The translations under genes and the position numbers were made by a program. Under the pieces are notes generated by a model. It ran no database searches and was not told where the DNA came from. It was given only the letters and a program-made list of their open reading frames with translations. A stretch of 64,000 nucleotides of DNA, from NCBI GenBank assembly GCA_951406725.2, contig OX597837.1, forward strand, positions 434,001 through 498,000, in the 5' to 3' direction. The first letter of the stretch is position 1; each line of letters opens with the position of its first letter. Below are positions 42,637 to 56,848 of this stretch, piece after piece. Source of the DNA: Octopus vulgaris (lineage: Eukaryota).

Positions 42637-42894
42637 TCTACGCAACATATTGACATAAAGCTGTAGTACTTTATGACAATCATGCCCGACATATGCAGTA
42701 AGTTACCTACCTTCTCTATAATGTTATCAATTGATATGAAAATTATGTATTAATGGAAAACTTCTATAAATGGCTGATGATTGCTCAACATTTTAAAGCT
42801 GTGGTAATACTTAAAAATATTTAATAAAATGATGTAGTGTGAAACGATCGTACCAAACTACCGAAGTTATTCTTGTTGCTTATTTTTGATATAT

Positions 42895-45122
42895 ATAGGG
42901 AGAGTTTACGAAAAAAACAAAAGACGAAGACAGGTGGTGTACAAAATAAACAGATGTATTAGTATAACGATCAGGAATAGAAAAAAGTCTTTACGTTTCG
43001 AGCCTACGCTCTTCTACAGAAAGGGACACAGAAAAAACAAGGAGAGAAAAATGTGTGTAGTGGCTAACGATCTATCATAGCGACTGACTCAGACAGAAGG
43101 GTCACACACAAGCAGGAATGTAGGGGAGATAACAAAGTAAAGATGACCCCCAACACGAAGGTGCGTGTGTGTATAAGAGAGTATGTATGTGCGTGTAAAA
43201 GAGGGCTGGTGGTCTGGACGTGTGAGTGTATGTATGTGTAGGTGCGAAAATGTGGGGATGTGTGTGTGGGTGGTGTGTTGTGATGTGATGCGTAATGTTG
43301 TATGGTGGGTGTGATGTTGTTGGGAGGTGGAGGAGGCGAAAATGGGGAAAGCACAGGTGGCGTGTGGGTTCGGCTGAAGGTTGGGGTAGAGTTGGGGTTT
43401 GAGGGAGAGGGTGTGTGGTATAGGATGGGAGGATGGGATGGGGGATGGGAAGGATAGCGAAGGTGGAGTAGGAATGTGTAGGGGTGGGTAGGCTTATGGG
43501 GGAGGGGAAGGTGGGTATGTGAGGAGAGAAGAAAGAAAGAGAGAAAGAGAGAAAGAGAGGATGAAAGAGTAAGAGAGAAGAGAGACAGAGGAAAGAGAGT
43601 CGTGGAGGATGTTAGATGAAGAGGGGAGGAGAGTTGAGCCCAAATGGCGTAAAGGAGCGAAGAGAGAAGATTAATCCCTGTTCACGGCGCAAATGGGAGT
43701 CCGGATGGCGTCTGTGCAAGGACAATCCGAACACAGACAGGTGTTGCAAGGAGTGACCGGTGGAGCGGAAATGGCGTGAGACTTGGGTGTCATTACCGGG
43801 GGGTCATTGTCTCGGAGGTGTTCCGCGAACCGGTCTGCCAAGCGGCGTCCCGTTTGTCCGATGTACAGGGAATGGCAGAGAGAGCAGGAGATGCAATAGA
43901 TGATATTGCTGGAGGTGCAGGTGAAGGAGTCGATGATGCGATAGGGTCGATGATGGGTGCTGGTGAGGAGGGTGGTGTTGGAGAGGTAAGGGCAAGTGCG
44001 ACAGCGTGGGCGGGAGCAGGGGAACGAGCCAGAGGGTTGGGGAAGAAGCTGTGGACCAAGAGGTCTCGTAGATTGTGGGCTCGTTTGAAGGAGGAGAGGG
44101 GTCGGTTAGGGAAGATGTGTGAAGTGGACGGGTCGGACTGGAGATGCCGGAAAGCTCGGAGAATGGTGCGTTGGAGAGGTCGGGTGGTGGGGTGGTAGGT
44201 GAGGGGAACAGGGAGGCGGGAGACTGCAGGGCGGGTTCGGGGGGGAGAGAGCAGTGCACAGTCCACGGAACGTGCTCTGGCAAGGGCGGTGGGGATAGTG
44301 GTGAGGGGATATCCACGTAGGATGAAGTGGCGAGCCATGAGTTGAGACTGAGTCTCAAAGTCATGGTCGTCACTACAGAGCCTGCGTAGATGGAGGAGTT
44401 GGGAATAGGGGATGGAAAGCTTGGTGTGTTTGGGGTGGGTGGAGGAGAAGTTTAGGTATGAGTGTGAGTCTGTGTGCTTGTAGTGGATGGAGGCGGTAAG
44501 AGTGGAGTGATGAATGCTGACCGAAATGTCAAGAAAGGAAGACAGATGTGTCAGAGATAGTGCAGGAGAAGTTGAGGGCAGGATGGAAAGATTTGACGAA
44601 AGAGAGGAAGGAGTCTAGATGTTCGCGGGAGAGTGAGGTGGCACCGATACAATCGTCAATATAACGGCCATATCGTCCGGGAGTGGGACCAGTGAAACTG
44701 GAGAATATTTGGGCCTCAACGTAGCCAACGAACAGGTTCGCATAGTTGGGGCCCATTCTCGTTCTCATGACCACTTCCGAAATCTGCTGGTAGAACTCGC
44801 CCGCGAACGAGAAGCAGTTGAGTGAGAGGACAAGTTCGGCCAGACGAACGAGTGTGGAGGTGTCGGATTGGGAATTGGGTCGGAGGTCCAGGAAGTGTTT
44901 CAGTGCACGCAGCCCCTCGTGGTGAGGGATCACAGTGTAGAGGTTCTGGATGTCCAGTGTAAAGAGAAGTTTGGAGGAGCCAGGAGGGAAGGAGAAAGAG
45001 TTGAATAGACGAAGAGCATGGTTGGTGTCATGGATGTGAGAAGGAAGAGAAGCCACTAGGGGTGCAAGGACACGGTCGAGATATTTGGAGATAAGCTCGG
45101 TGGGGCAGTTATACGCAGAGAT
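42895..45122 (-). mobile_element. 5'-truncated Neptune-type PLE: RT, GIY-YIG, 3' UTR, hammerhead
   Basis: TLDIQNLYTVIP, RMGPNYANLF, RYIDD; GIY-YIG region closely matches 20815-21420 in opposite orientation. Confidence 0.93.
42987..43024 (-). ncRNA. Minimal hammerhead, CUGUAGA variant
   Basis: Minus: CUUU-CUGUAGA-A-GAGC(GUAG)GCUC-GAAA-CGUA-AAG. Confidence 0.68.
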
Positions 45123-45144
45123 ATGTATATATATATATATGTAT

Positions 45145-45292
45145 TCGTCGGGCTTCTTTCAGTTTCCGTAGCCAATTCCACTAACAAAGCTTTTGGCCGG
45201 CCCGAACCTATAGCAGAAGACACTTCCTTAAAGTGTCCGGTTGCCACGCAGTGGAACTGAACCCGGAATCGTGTGACTGGGAAGCAATCTTT
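45145..45292 (-). mobile_element. SINE family A, 5' half
   Basis: cgggcttctttcagtttccg...cagtggaactgaacccggaa. Confidence 0.8.
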
Positions 45293-46433
45293 AGCTCCTA
45301 ATAGTTTAAAGGCATGGAGACACAATAATTGCTCAGATCAATATAACGTGTTTGTGTCGCAAAGCAATCCTTCAGTCTCAATAAATGTATCTTGTTTTAT
45401 TTGAAACATAGTCTTATATTCTATATAAAACCGACCATAAACCTAAACGGTACAAATGTACCTAAACGGTACAAATGCCGCGTCTAGTCTTGTCTTCAGA
45501 AGGCAACGAACTAGCATGCCACAACCATCCAATCGGACCCCCAACTGTTTTATTTATCCAAGAAAGGCAAAGTTCACCTCGGCTCGGTTGTATTTCTACT
45601 CGCAGCACAGTGTTGTAACAAAGACCACTTCAAACGCAATCAAATCTTCATTGATTCACCTGTTTTTGTATACATGTCTTCGTATGTATGTATGTATGTA
45701 TGTATGTATGTATGTATGTATGTATGTATGTATGTATGTATGTATGTATGCATGCATGTATGTATGTATGTATGTATGTATGTATGTATGTATGTATGTA
45801 TGCATGTATGCATGTATGTATGTATGTATAGATGGATAGATAGATGGGTAGATGGATGGGTAGATGGATGGATGTTGTATGTGCGCATGTGTGTATGTAT
45901 GTTTGTATGCATGTATTTATACGTGCATCTATGTAGGTGTGTATGTGTGGTTCTATGAACTTGTGTATGTAATACATGCATGTATACATTAGGTTTTTGA
46001 TGTATGCGTATGTGTTTATATAAAAATGTGTGTATATACGTATACATATGCGCGTGTATGTGCTTCACGAGCGGAATATGTTTAGTTAAATATTACTGGA
46101 ATCTGATTGATATTTCACAAGCACAAACGATTTGAAACAAAAACAGCAGCAGCAGCAACAACAACAGCAACAACAACAACAACGCACTTTCCACAACAAC
46201 ATTCTTCTTCTCTATTATTCCATTCTTCTCATTTTTACCTCTTTCCTTCTTTCCATCTTTTATCCCTCACCTTTCAACTCCCACATATTCCCTCCTGTCT
46301 CCCTGTTCCCGCTGGCCAAAATTTCATTTATTGCTATTTTTGTTTACCTTCCGCCATCTTAAAACCTATTTATTTCCTATCGGTTTCCATGAATATAAAA
46401 ACAGTAAAACTTAATTAATTCTTATATCTCTCT

Positions 46434-46464
46434 CTGAAGAACTGTGTAAATAGTGAAACGAGTC
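46434..46464 (+). ncRNA. Hammerhead core with broken helix I
   Basis: CUGAAGA-ACUGU(GUAA)AUAGU-GAAA-C(GA)GUC, AATAAA ~25 nt downstream; flanks do not pair. Confidence 0.5.
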
Positions 46465-46774
46465 TGCTGCCCGTAAGCTATTGTTCCCAATAAAGTAAAT
46501 ACAATCCGCATTTCAAATATATTGAGCTCCTTTCGTTTTGTGAATTGTCGATTAAATCATACGATTAGGTGTATCTTATAGACACGCGCACAGAAACATC
46601 CACGCTTACACATACATACATGCATAGAGACACACACACGCACACACAAACATCCACGTCAATATAAGAGATTATATAAATGACAAGGGAACAAGTTGTT
46701 ATGTAATAAATGCCATTGGCTTACAGCTGTTTCTGCTGTAAGACGCAATGGAAGTAAAATTGAGTGATTAGAGC

Positions 46775-47330
46775 ACACGTAGCTGTGTGGCAAGAAGCTT
46801 GCTTCTCAACCGCATGGTCCCAGGATTCGTCCCAATGTGAGGCACCTTGGGCAAGTGTCTTCTACTATAGTCTCAGGCTGACCAAATCCCTTTGAGTGTA
46901 TTTGATAGACGAACATTGAAAGAAGCCCGTCGTATACACTCACACACACACACGCACACATATATATATATATATATCCTGTACCCATATATGCATGTAT
47001 ATATACATATATATGTAGGTATGTACATTTATGTATGTATATATGCATATATTTATATAAGATATTATTTATATTATTATATGATCGAACGCCACGCATC
47101 CTTTTCCGAGTAAGTTTTATCTACATACATATATATATATATATATTTATTTATATATATGTATATATCTATGTGTGTGCGTCTCTGTATCTGCATTCGT
47201 TCCCCCATCACCGCTTGAGAACCAGTGTTGGGGTGTTTACGGTCCCATAACTTAGCGGTTCGGCATACGAGACCGATAGAATAAGTACTAGGCTTAAAAA
47301 ATAAATCCTGGGATGAATGTTTTGCGGTGG
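46775..47330 (+). mobile_element. SINE family A with an insertion inside its internal microsatellite
   Basis: 5' half 46775-46932, 3' half 47170-47330. Confidence 0.8.
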
Positions 47331-47651
47331 CGAACGCGTACGTCAAGCATGGACAGGAGACAAACAAGGACACGTCTTCCTTGTTGTAACTACAACGGAC
47401 AGAAAGAAACACAAGTTAGGAGAAGAAAGGAAGATGGCCGATGGTCACGTTGGAGCCACGCGAGCAGGGTAGGAGGAGTGAGGGAGAGAGAGAGAGAGAA
47501 TAATAGGAAAGAATAGTGGGAGAAGGGGAGTTAAAAGATTAAGAGAGAGAAAGAGAGGAAAACGAAAGAGTAAAAATATCGTATAGAATGCAGATCAGAA
47601 TTATTCAGATAAAACTAACTTGGAAGAGGATGCGTGGCGTTCGACCATATA

Positions 47652-47653
<2 letters not shown>
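47075..47653. repeat. ~48 bp inverted repeat (PLE-terminus-like)
   Basis: attatatgatcgaacgccacgcatccttttccgagtaagttttatct vs reverse complement of 47607-47653. Confidence 0.85.
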
Positions 47654-47703
<50 letters not shown>

Positions 47704-47709
47704 TATATA

Positions 47710-50700
47710 TCATCCCAGGATTCAAACCACAGCGGATCGATAAATGCTACAGCAGAGAACTATTCCCGTGAAGAAACTACAAGTCATGAATCTGGTGCAT
47801 CGGATAATACCCAGAGGAAACCGAGGGTTTTGTGGCCTGCTGCTAATGAGAAAGTGAAATATAAAGAGTTTGAAAACAAGGTTTGTCGGGCTCTTTATAA
47901 AATGACAGGCTCTACAGTGGAGAAACTGGGAAAATTATCAAGCTCAATATACGATATAGGAAAAGATTTATTTGGAATAAAAAAGAATATCCGACTAGAG
48001 AAAGGAAAGTGTGGACCAAGCAGGAGGATCAGAAAAATGCAGCAGTTGAGGAACGAAAAGTCCGACTTAAGAAAGCGATGGAGATGTGCTGCACCAGATG
48101 AGAAACCTGGCCTTGCGTTGCTGTATAACGATTTGAAGAGGAAATGTCGTTATGTGCAACGACATATCCGCCGATATGAGCGTCGAAAAGAAAGTAAAAG
48201 GACTCGGGGGCAGTTTCTGAAGAACCCGTACGGGTTTACTAAGAAGCTGTTCACTGAACCGAAGAGTGGTACTTTATCGTGCACTAAAGAAGAATTGGAT
48301 GCTCATATCAAGGAAACCTACAGCGATCCGCACCGTAATCGGCCGTTGCCACCTCTACATGAGCTAAATCATCTCTCAGGACCTGATATCGAATTCCAGA
48401 TTGGGGACATCAGGGAGAGAGAGGTGAATGACTTCGTAAGAAAAGCTAGAGCAAAGAGTGCCCCAGGAGGTGATGGCGTCTCATATAAAGTCTACAAATA
48501 CTGCAATCGTCTGCGAAAGAAGCTCTTCGTCCTAATCCGTCAACTGTGGCGCGAGGAGACTATAGTAGAGGATTGGTGTAAGGCAGAAGGTATATACCTG
48601 CCGAAAGAGGCCAATGCAAAGACCATAAAACAGTTTAGGCCGATATCCTTATTGAATGTGGAAGGCATGATCTTTATGGGAATTCTGTCGAGGAGAACAG
48701 TGGCATATTTACAGAGTAACGGATATGTTGATGAATCTGTTCAAAAGGCCGGAATCCCCGGGATCCCTGGATGCGTTGAACACTGTTTTTCGATTTGGAA
48801 AGCGATCCAGGATGCCAAACAGAACAAGAAAAGTCTGAACGTGGTATGGCTCGACCTAGCTAACACGTATGGTTCAGTGCCACACAAATTACTAATAACA
48901 GCCATGGACCACTTCCACATTCCTGACAAAGTGATCAAAATAATGAGGATGTACCATGAAAGTTTCGAAATGAGGTTTACAACTGGAAATTTTACAACAA
49001 ATTGGCACCGATTGGAGGTTGGCATTGCTGCTGGCTGTACAATATCTGTCACGTGGTTTATCTTAGTCATGGAGTTGATTTTGAAAGGTGTAGATTTTTC
49101 GGAACAAATCGCCCATGTACAATCGCCTAAGAAAGCCTTCATGGATGACGTGACACTTCTAGCTACAGATAAACAAATCATGCAGAATGCCCTTTTGAGA
49201 TTAGACGAACTTGTAAGGTGGTCAAGGATGCGATTTAGAGCAAAAAAGTCGCGTAGTCTGACATTTGTTAAGGGAGTGCAGAAAGAATTTAAATTTCGAA
49301 TATCTGAAGAAAGCATTCCAACAGTCAAGGAAGAGCCCGTCAAGAGCTTGGGACGAGTATACGCTGGAACATTGTCAGACAGAAGTCGTGGGATTGAAAT
49401 TATGAAACAGGCCGAGGCTGCGTTATCAGCGATTGATGTTTCGAAGTTACCAGGTAAATATAAAATTTGGTGCTTGCAGTTCGGCTTGTACCCGCGACTT
49501 GCGTGGCCACTTTTAATATACGAAGTAGCATTGTCACGAGTTGAAAAGATTGAACAAAAATGTAATGTGTTCATTAGAAAGTGGCTAGGTCTACCTCGTA
49601 TGTTGAACAGCTCAGCTCTTTATCGTAAAAGAGGTTCGTTGCAGTTACCAATAGCATCAATAGTCGAAATATATAAGTTGGGGAAGATACGTACGGTCAT
49701 GATGCTGAGAGAATCGAAGGATATGGAAATTAGGCGTAACCCACCAGAGGTGAAAACAGCCAGGAAGTGGAAAGCAGAAGCAGAAACTGACAACATCTTG
49801 TCTTCTCTTATACACAGAGATATGGTGGGAGCAACGCAGAACCATCGGAAAGGATTTGGTTTTGGCGCAGATCAGTTCAGGTCGTTTGCAAGCATGATGC
49901 CGTGTGAACGCAGATCTGTTGTTAGCAACAGCGTCAAAACAAGAGAAGCAGAGAGAAGAGAGCTTCATTTGATCCGATGTGTTCATCAAGGTCAGATGAC
50001 GAGATGGGAAGAACATGTTGTTGAGAGGAAGATAAGTTGGGATGAGATGTGGAAGTGGACGACATCTCGGCTGAGTTTCCTGATTCGTTCATCTTATGAT
50101 GTTTTGTCATCACCTACGAATCTAGTAAGATGGAACGTCTTAGAGAATGACATCTGCAAATGTGGAAAAGTCAGTACACTAAAATATATTCTTTCCAACT
50201 GTTCATTAGCATTGAACAGGTACACATGGAGGCACAACTTGGTCCTTAAGGTTATCTTCAATGCTATAAAGAACCAAATTCATCTCAAGGAAAAATCGTT
50301 AAAAGTACCATCAAAAGAGTTCATTACCTTCATGCGACCAGGTCAGCAGATCCGTTTCAAGAAGGAGACCAAGAAACTTCCTGTGAAAAATGAAAAGTGG
50401 AACGGCTATTGGGAGGTAACTGCAGATTTACCTGGGTGCCAGGTTTTCTTTCCCATTCCAGTTTCGAAAAAACCAGATATTTTGATGTAGTGTGAAAGAA
50501 AGAAAGTTGTAAATATAGTCGAGCTAACGGTTCCTCACGAAGATAATATGGACGCCGCTCGAGCTCGAAAATTAAACCGTTATGAAAATCTCCTCGAGGA
50601 ATGTGAAGACGCAGGCTGGAAAGCGGAAAATTTCCTATCGAAGTCGGATGTAGAGGGTTTGTAGGACACAGCGTGAGACGACTGTTGTTATCGTTAGGCC

Positions 50701-50997
50701 TAACTCATCGTAAAGTTAATACCACCATGACTGATATCCAATCTACAGTGGAGAAGGCTAGCCACTGGATTTGGTTAAAAAGAGACGATGAGCGATGGCT
50801 AGAAGTATATTGAGTTCTTCATAACCAGCTGATCTAGCAAGCGGGGCCTCATATCAGTGGTGCGCATTGATGCCGTCGAGAGGTAGGCCCCGAAACGGCG
50901 CGCATTCTCTCCTGATGACCCCATACACTTGCTAGCTTCCGATATACGGAGCTTTTAACTGGTAGCACTTGCATGTGCAAGTTGTTTGCAAGACATC
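47710..50997 (+). mobile_element. HERO-clade non-LTR retrotransposon (RT + restriction-like endonuclease), 5'-truncated, flanked by (TA)n
   Basis: Single long frame plus ~185 nt 3' UTR; motifs as in the ORF entry. Confidence 0.9.
47713..50813 (+). pseudogene. HERO polyprotein ORF, disrupted only near the C-terminus
   Basis: Frame open from 47713 (SQDSNHS); SAPGGDG, FRPISLLNVEG, WLDLANTYGSVPH, GIAAGCTIS, AFMDD, RYTWRHN, KPDI, ELTVP, EVGCRGF, WIWLKR; TAG at 50488-50490, 1-bp deletion near 50635, natural TGA 50811-50813. Confidence 0.93.
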
Positions 50998-51117
50998 TAC
51001 ATATGTATATATATATATTTATGTATATATACGTGTGTATATATATATATATAATAAAAACTTACTTGGAGAATAAGAAAGCAACGCAAGGCGTTCAGTC
51101 ATTTAATAACAATTTAA

Positions 51118-51517
<400 letters not shown>

Positions 51518-51619
51518 GTATGTATATATATATACATATATATATATATATGTATGTATATATATATACATATATATATATATATGCATATATACATACG
51601 TATATGTACATACAAACGT

Positions 51620-52137
51620 ATATATCCATTTTGCTTTCACCAAATGTCTTCCCTCAAACGCTTCAATCCGTCGCAGTAGAACTCTGATCCTGGGGAACCA
51701 ATTCTTGACGCACAAGGTTTCCGGGGGTGACGCTCGTGGCAGGGCTTCCAGATAGCTCATCGTCTTCCTTGGATGTTCTTCCACTTTTGAAGCGCCCCTA
51801 CAACTCGAAACATTGCATACGACTCATTGTCTCATCGCCACAAACTTGCCAAAGCATGCTCAATGTCTCTGTAGCAGACTTCCCAAGTTAAATGCAGGAT
51901 TTCACGTTGGATGTTTGTTTCTTCCAACTTCCTGTCCATCACAAAATTGCAAACTACTGCATAGAAACATGATCAAAGAAACACAAATTTCACAACTTGC
52001 AAAGTAAATACAATGATGTCACTCGGCACATTGCCTCATGAGGATCACTGCTAGCTCTCACTGCGCAGTCAACCGTGTGCTGCCACCTGTTGGCGAGCTA
52101 CAGAACTAGTTCAGGAATTTCTTGATACCATCTCGTA
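51620..52137 (-). mobile_element. mariner 5' relic
   Basis: [45 protein letters not shown]; TIR tacgagatggtatcaagaaattcctgaac. Confidence 0.8.
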
Positions 52138-52253
52138 TATATGAACACATATAGTCCTAACTATATCGACCGAAATATGATTGCGTATACATACATACAT
52201 ACATACATACATACACACACGCTGGCACGCACGCACGCACGCACGCACACACC

Positions 52254-52284
<31 letters not shown>

Positions 52285-52301
52285 GCACACACACATATAT
52301 A

Positions 52302-52782
52302 TGCATTTTAGTTGGATGGCGCCTCCACGAGAGATTTTGAGCTCTCATAAGGAGGCGAGTGTAGGTTCCATCCAACCGCCTCTCAAGCTTCTTTGATAAC
52401 GTCCAGGTTTCTGAGCCATATAGTAGGATTGGTTCGACTGTGGCTTTGAATATTTCAAGTTTGAAGTCTCTATTTAGATTTGATGACCAACTAAAATGCA
52501 AATATATGGGAAATTACCACCTGTGTCATCTCTTGTGAAGGGTAGGAGAGTCCAGTTTGCTGGACATTGTTGTAGAGCTGAAAAAGAAGTAATTTCTACT
52601 CTTCTCCTCTGGAAGCCATCTACTCGCAACACCAGAGGGCGCACACTCTCCTACCCTGATGTAATCTCCAGGGATACAGGCATCCAGCAACAGGACCTCC
52701 GTAATGCTATGATGGACCGTGAAGTCTGGCGCAACATGGTAAATTCCATTGTCTCGACCACGGTCGAACAATGATGATGATG
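52302..52782 (+). mobile_element. RTE-type LINE 3' fragment with 5' inversion
   Basis: 52302-52489 minus (ILLYGSETWTL...SWRRHPTKM) continues into 52487-52774 plus (TKMQIYG...FAGHC...DREVWR); (TGA)n tail; TSD atatatgcatt. Confidence 0.92.
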
Positions 52783-52809
52783 ATATATGCATTCATATAT
52801 GGAATTTAT

Positions 52810-52895
52810 GTGTGTATAGATATAAACTGCATCTTGTGTTTATCATACTTTTCGGGGTGTGTGTAAACACAAGATGCAGTTTATATCTGCACACA
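52810..52895. repeat. Hairpin palindrome
   Basis: agatataaactgcatcttgtgttta / taaacacaagatgcagtttatatct, 25-bp perfect arms. Confidence 0.9.
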
Positions 52896-54183
52896 CACGA
52901 AATGTGTGTGCAGACACGTTTACATACACACACACGTATATATATATATATATATATATACACATTTACATCTTGCATGTATGTGCTCACACATGTATGA
53001 ATTTGAGTCACACATACATATCTACACACTCACACACGCACGCACGCACACCCGGACACACGTACACATATAGTTGTGTGTTTGTGTCCTTGTGTGCGCA
53101 CATAGGAATGTATTACATGGGAATATGTATACGGGTTTCTATGTATATATATGTATATATATGTATATATATATGCATCGGTATTTCTATGAATATCTGC
53201 AATTACGAAAGTATTTAAGTGAAACCCTGCCAACAAAGGCCTGTGTTTGTGCCGCCTTTTGCCGCTGTCCCTGTTTAGCTGTGAGTGTCTTTAATTGATA
53301 AACGGTCTCAGGTTGCCGTGGATAATTGCTCTCCTCTATCAACTAATTGTGCATTGATTGCAGCAAAAACAGCAGCAGCAGCACCACCGCCACCACCGCT
53401 GCCGCCACCACTGCTGACGATAACACCAGTATAAACAACAGCAACAGCGTCGCCAACAGCAATAAGATGTTCTGCACCAACAGTGATCTGGCAGTGTTCC
53501 TATCTTGGAGCGGTGGGAGATGGAGGGTCTAAACGGCCACGAGAGAACCACTGAAAGCTACAACAACAAACAACAAAAGAACATAATCAAACCAAACACA
53601 ACCTGATGATGGAGTAAGTAGTTTGTCACTTTATTTGCTATAAATAGCAGCCATATCCACCTCAAAATCATACCCCACTGCATAGCGATAATGTTTAATG
53701 TATAAAGGATAAAATAATTTCTTTTATTAGTCACAAGGGCTTAGATTAGGGGAACACCACTAGGAAGGCGCAAGTATTAAAAAGAGAATCTTTAAATTTA
53801 TCTCTAGAGATTTTCTATAGAGTTCTGAGACAGCACCGAAAGTTACGGCTCGGCTCCGAACTTTATGGAAATTTTATAGAGAACATCGCACCGCTAACAC
53901 AAAAAGCAAAACGCTATATTGACTTGTAAACCTTTAACATCCTTGGTAGTATTTTATGGTCGCAAAATGAAATACTGTGTCCCTGTTAGCCATCAGGCAG
54001 CGTTGCTGCATATTGCTCAGCTGTTGAAGAGTAACTCTACAGTATGTCTATGGCGAAGACATCCATCAACAGGCCATACTTCAAGGTGTAACTTGTTACC
54101 ATTGCATCGTGTCAATGTCCGACCCATTTGATTATCAACAGCCGAGTCTAGGGTTCATCGTATTGCATCCGTTACCAGGACAA

Positions 54184-54330
54184 TTAAGGATGGCAGTTAA
54201 GGATCGTAGTTAAGGATCGTAGACAAGGATTACAATTAATGATAACATGTAAGGATTGTTATTAAGGTTTGTCGTTAAAGAACCTAGTAAAAGATCCTAT
54301 TTGAGTTTCGTAGTTAAGCATCGTAGCTAA
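54184..54330. repeat. Decaying 13-bp minisatellite (ttaaggatcgtag), ~11 units
   Basis: Direct reading. Confidence 0.8.
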
Positions 54331-54399
54331 TAATTGCAAATGCCAGTCAATGACGTAGTTTTTAATCTAAGTGCTTAACTATATCACATCACCATCATC

Positions 54400-54645
54400 A
54401 ACATCTGAACCCTGCTGTCTCAAGTCCTACGACTCATAGGGATTGTTACCCGGTTCCTACGGCGTATAAGTGACCGAGGTTAGCCCATTCTGCTTAAACA
54501 GGACACCAATCCCCTGTAGAGTTACTCTTCAACAGCTGAACGATATGCAGCTATTTGAAATGAAGTGTTTTGCTCAAGAACGCAACGCATCAGTCAGTAG
54601 GGAATCGAAACCGCAATTTCACAGTCGTGAGCGCAACGCCCTAAT
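54400..54645 (-). mobile_element. Degraded tRNA-derived SINE
   Basis: Minus ttagggcgttgcgctcacgactgtga...ggtttcgattcc...ttcttgagcaaaacactt. Confidence 0.65.
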
Positions 54646-54997
54646 CCACAAATCTTCACTCAACTACAGAGGTTTTAAATTCACTGGAAGTCCCGGGAGT
54701 TCCATCGGATTCTCTTGGTCTTAAAGTAGGAGAAATTCTCTTTATACACCTTCGTAACTTGGAACCATCAGACTTGAGGAACGGAACAAAGCTGACTGCT
54801 AAGAATTCATGTCCCCTGATACGAAGGTCAGAATAATTAGCAGATGTTCATAACAAGATGTCTCATTTTAAAGAATTACTTTCATTCTAATTCTCATACA
54901 CCGTAACTTCGTAATTTCCAGTCGTAGATCTCAAGAATTTCCGTGAACATCAATAAGTTTTCTCATGTTGCCAACCAGAAACCTTTTTTTATCGGCA

Positions 54998-55034
<37 letters not shown>

Positions 55035-55378
55035 TGTGTGCGTTCGTGTGTGCGTGCGTGCATGCGTGCGTGCTTGTGTATGTGATTGTGTGTGTGTGTT
55101 TATGTTGTAAAATTCGGTGTAGTTTATATTTATAATGCCCGCATATGTCCCGTAGTTTAATACTTCAACAAATAGCGATCGATAAAATAAGAACCAGATT
55201 GAAATACGTCCTGCGGTCTATATGCATCGACTAAACATTTATACAAATGTTAATCATAGAACTGGCTTAACATACTATTTTGTTACTCTAGTATGGTCAC
55301 ACCGGAATCATTGAAGAATAAAAGAATCAAAGAATGTGCTGCATAAACCTCATCTCTCTCTCTCTCTCTCTCTCTGTA

Positions 55379-56053
<675 letters not shown>

Positions 56054-56081
56054 TATACACATATATATATATATATATATA

Positions 56082-56295
56082 TATGAAACTGGTATGAAAA
56101 GCTTCCCGGATTAGTTATGTTTAATAAAAAAAGAAAGTAACTTATTTAAATGAGTTTTAACCTTATTTCCTTCGAAATAGTCATCTTGCGCAACAATTCA
56201 CCGGTCCCAGCGTTCCTGCCACTTTTGAAATCCAGCCTGGAAGTCGTTTTCCGAAGGAGAGTCGAGGACTTTGTGCGACTCGCTCTGGATACCTG
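56082..56295 (-). mobile_element. mariner 3' end relic
   Basis: FQAGFQKWQERWDR*IVAQDDYFEG followed by a degenerate TIR. Confidence 0.8.
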
Positions 56296-56569
56296 CATGC
56301 AAAGGCACGCACACACACACACACACACACACTGACCCACACACATGCGCACAAACAAATAAAAAAGGAACGCAGTGTAAATATATTGAAAAGGTAGCAA
56401 GACGCAACGAAAATTTTAGGAAAATAAAAATAAGAAATAAGAGGAAATTTTACCTGTGAGTGTGTTAAATTATAAGGCACAAAAAGAAAATGACTCTCCC
56501 CAGACACCACAGAATATGCTTCAACACACGAACTCACATAAAGAATCTTTCAAACCAAATCCCAAACCG

Positions 56570-56619
<50 letters not shown>

Positions 56620-56621
<2 letters not shown>

Positions 56622-56785
56622 CGACGTGCTTCTTTCAGTTTCCGTCTACCAAATTCACTCATAAGGCTTTGGTCGGTCCGAAGCTATAGTAGAAGACACT
56701 TGGCAAAGGTGCTATGTAGTGGGGCTGAACCCGGAACCATGTGGTTGGGAAGCAAGCGTCTTACTACACAGCCACACCTGCGCCT
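56620..56785 (-). mobile_element. SINE family A, 5' half
   Basis: Reverse complement of 26296-26457. Confidence 0.85.
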
Positions 56786-56807
56786 ATACACACACTCATA
56801 CACACAT

Positions 56808-56848
<41 letters not shown>

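Noticed and set aside
48741-49574. 277-aa minus-strand ORF
   Set aside because: Antisense shadow of the HERO RT frame
50885-50922. GAAA...CUGAUGA in the HERO 3' UTR as a type II hammerhead
   Set aside because: Helix II cannot form (cccc on both sides); CUGAUGA is better explained as part of a long stem
54184-54330. CRISPR-like periodicity (also 1870-2215 and 29265-29352)
   Set aside because: No unique spacers, no cas genes, eukaryotic context; ordinary minisatellites
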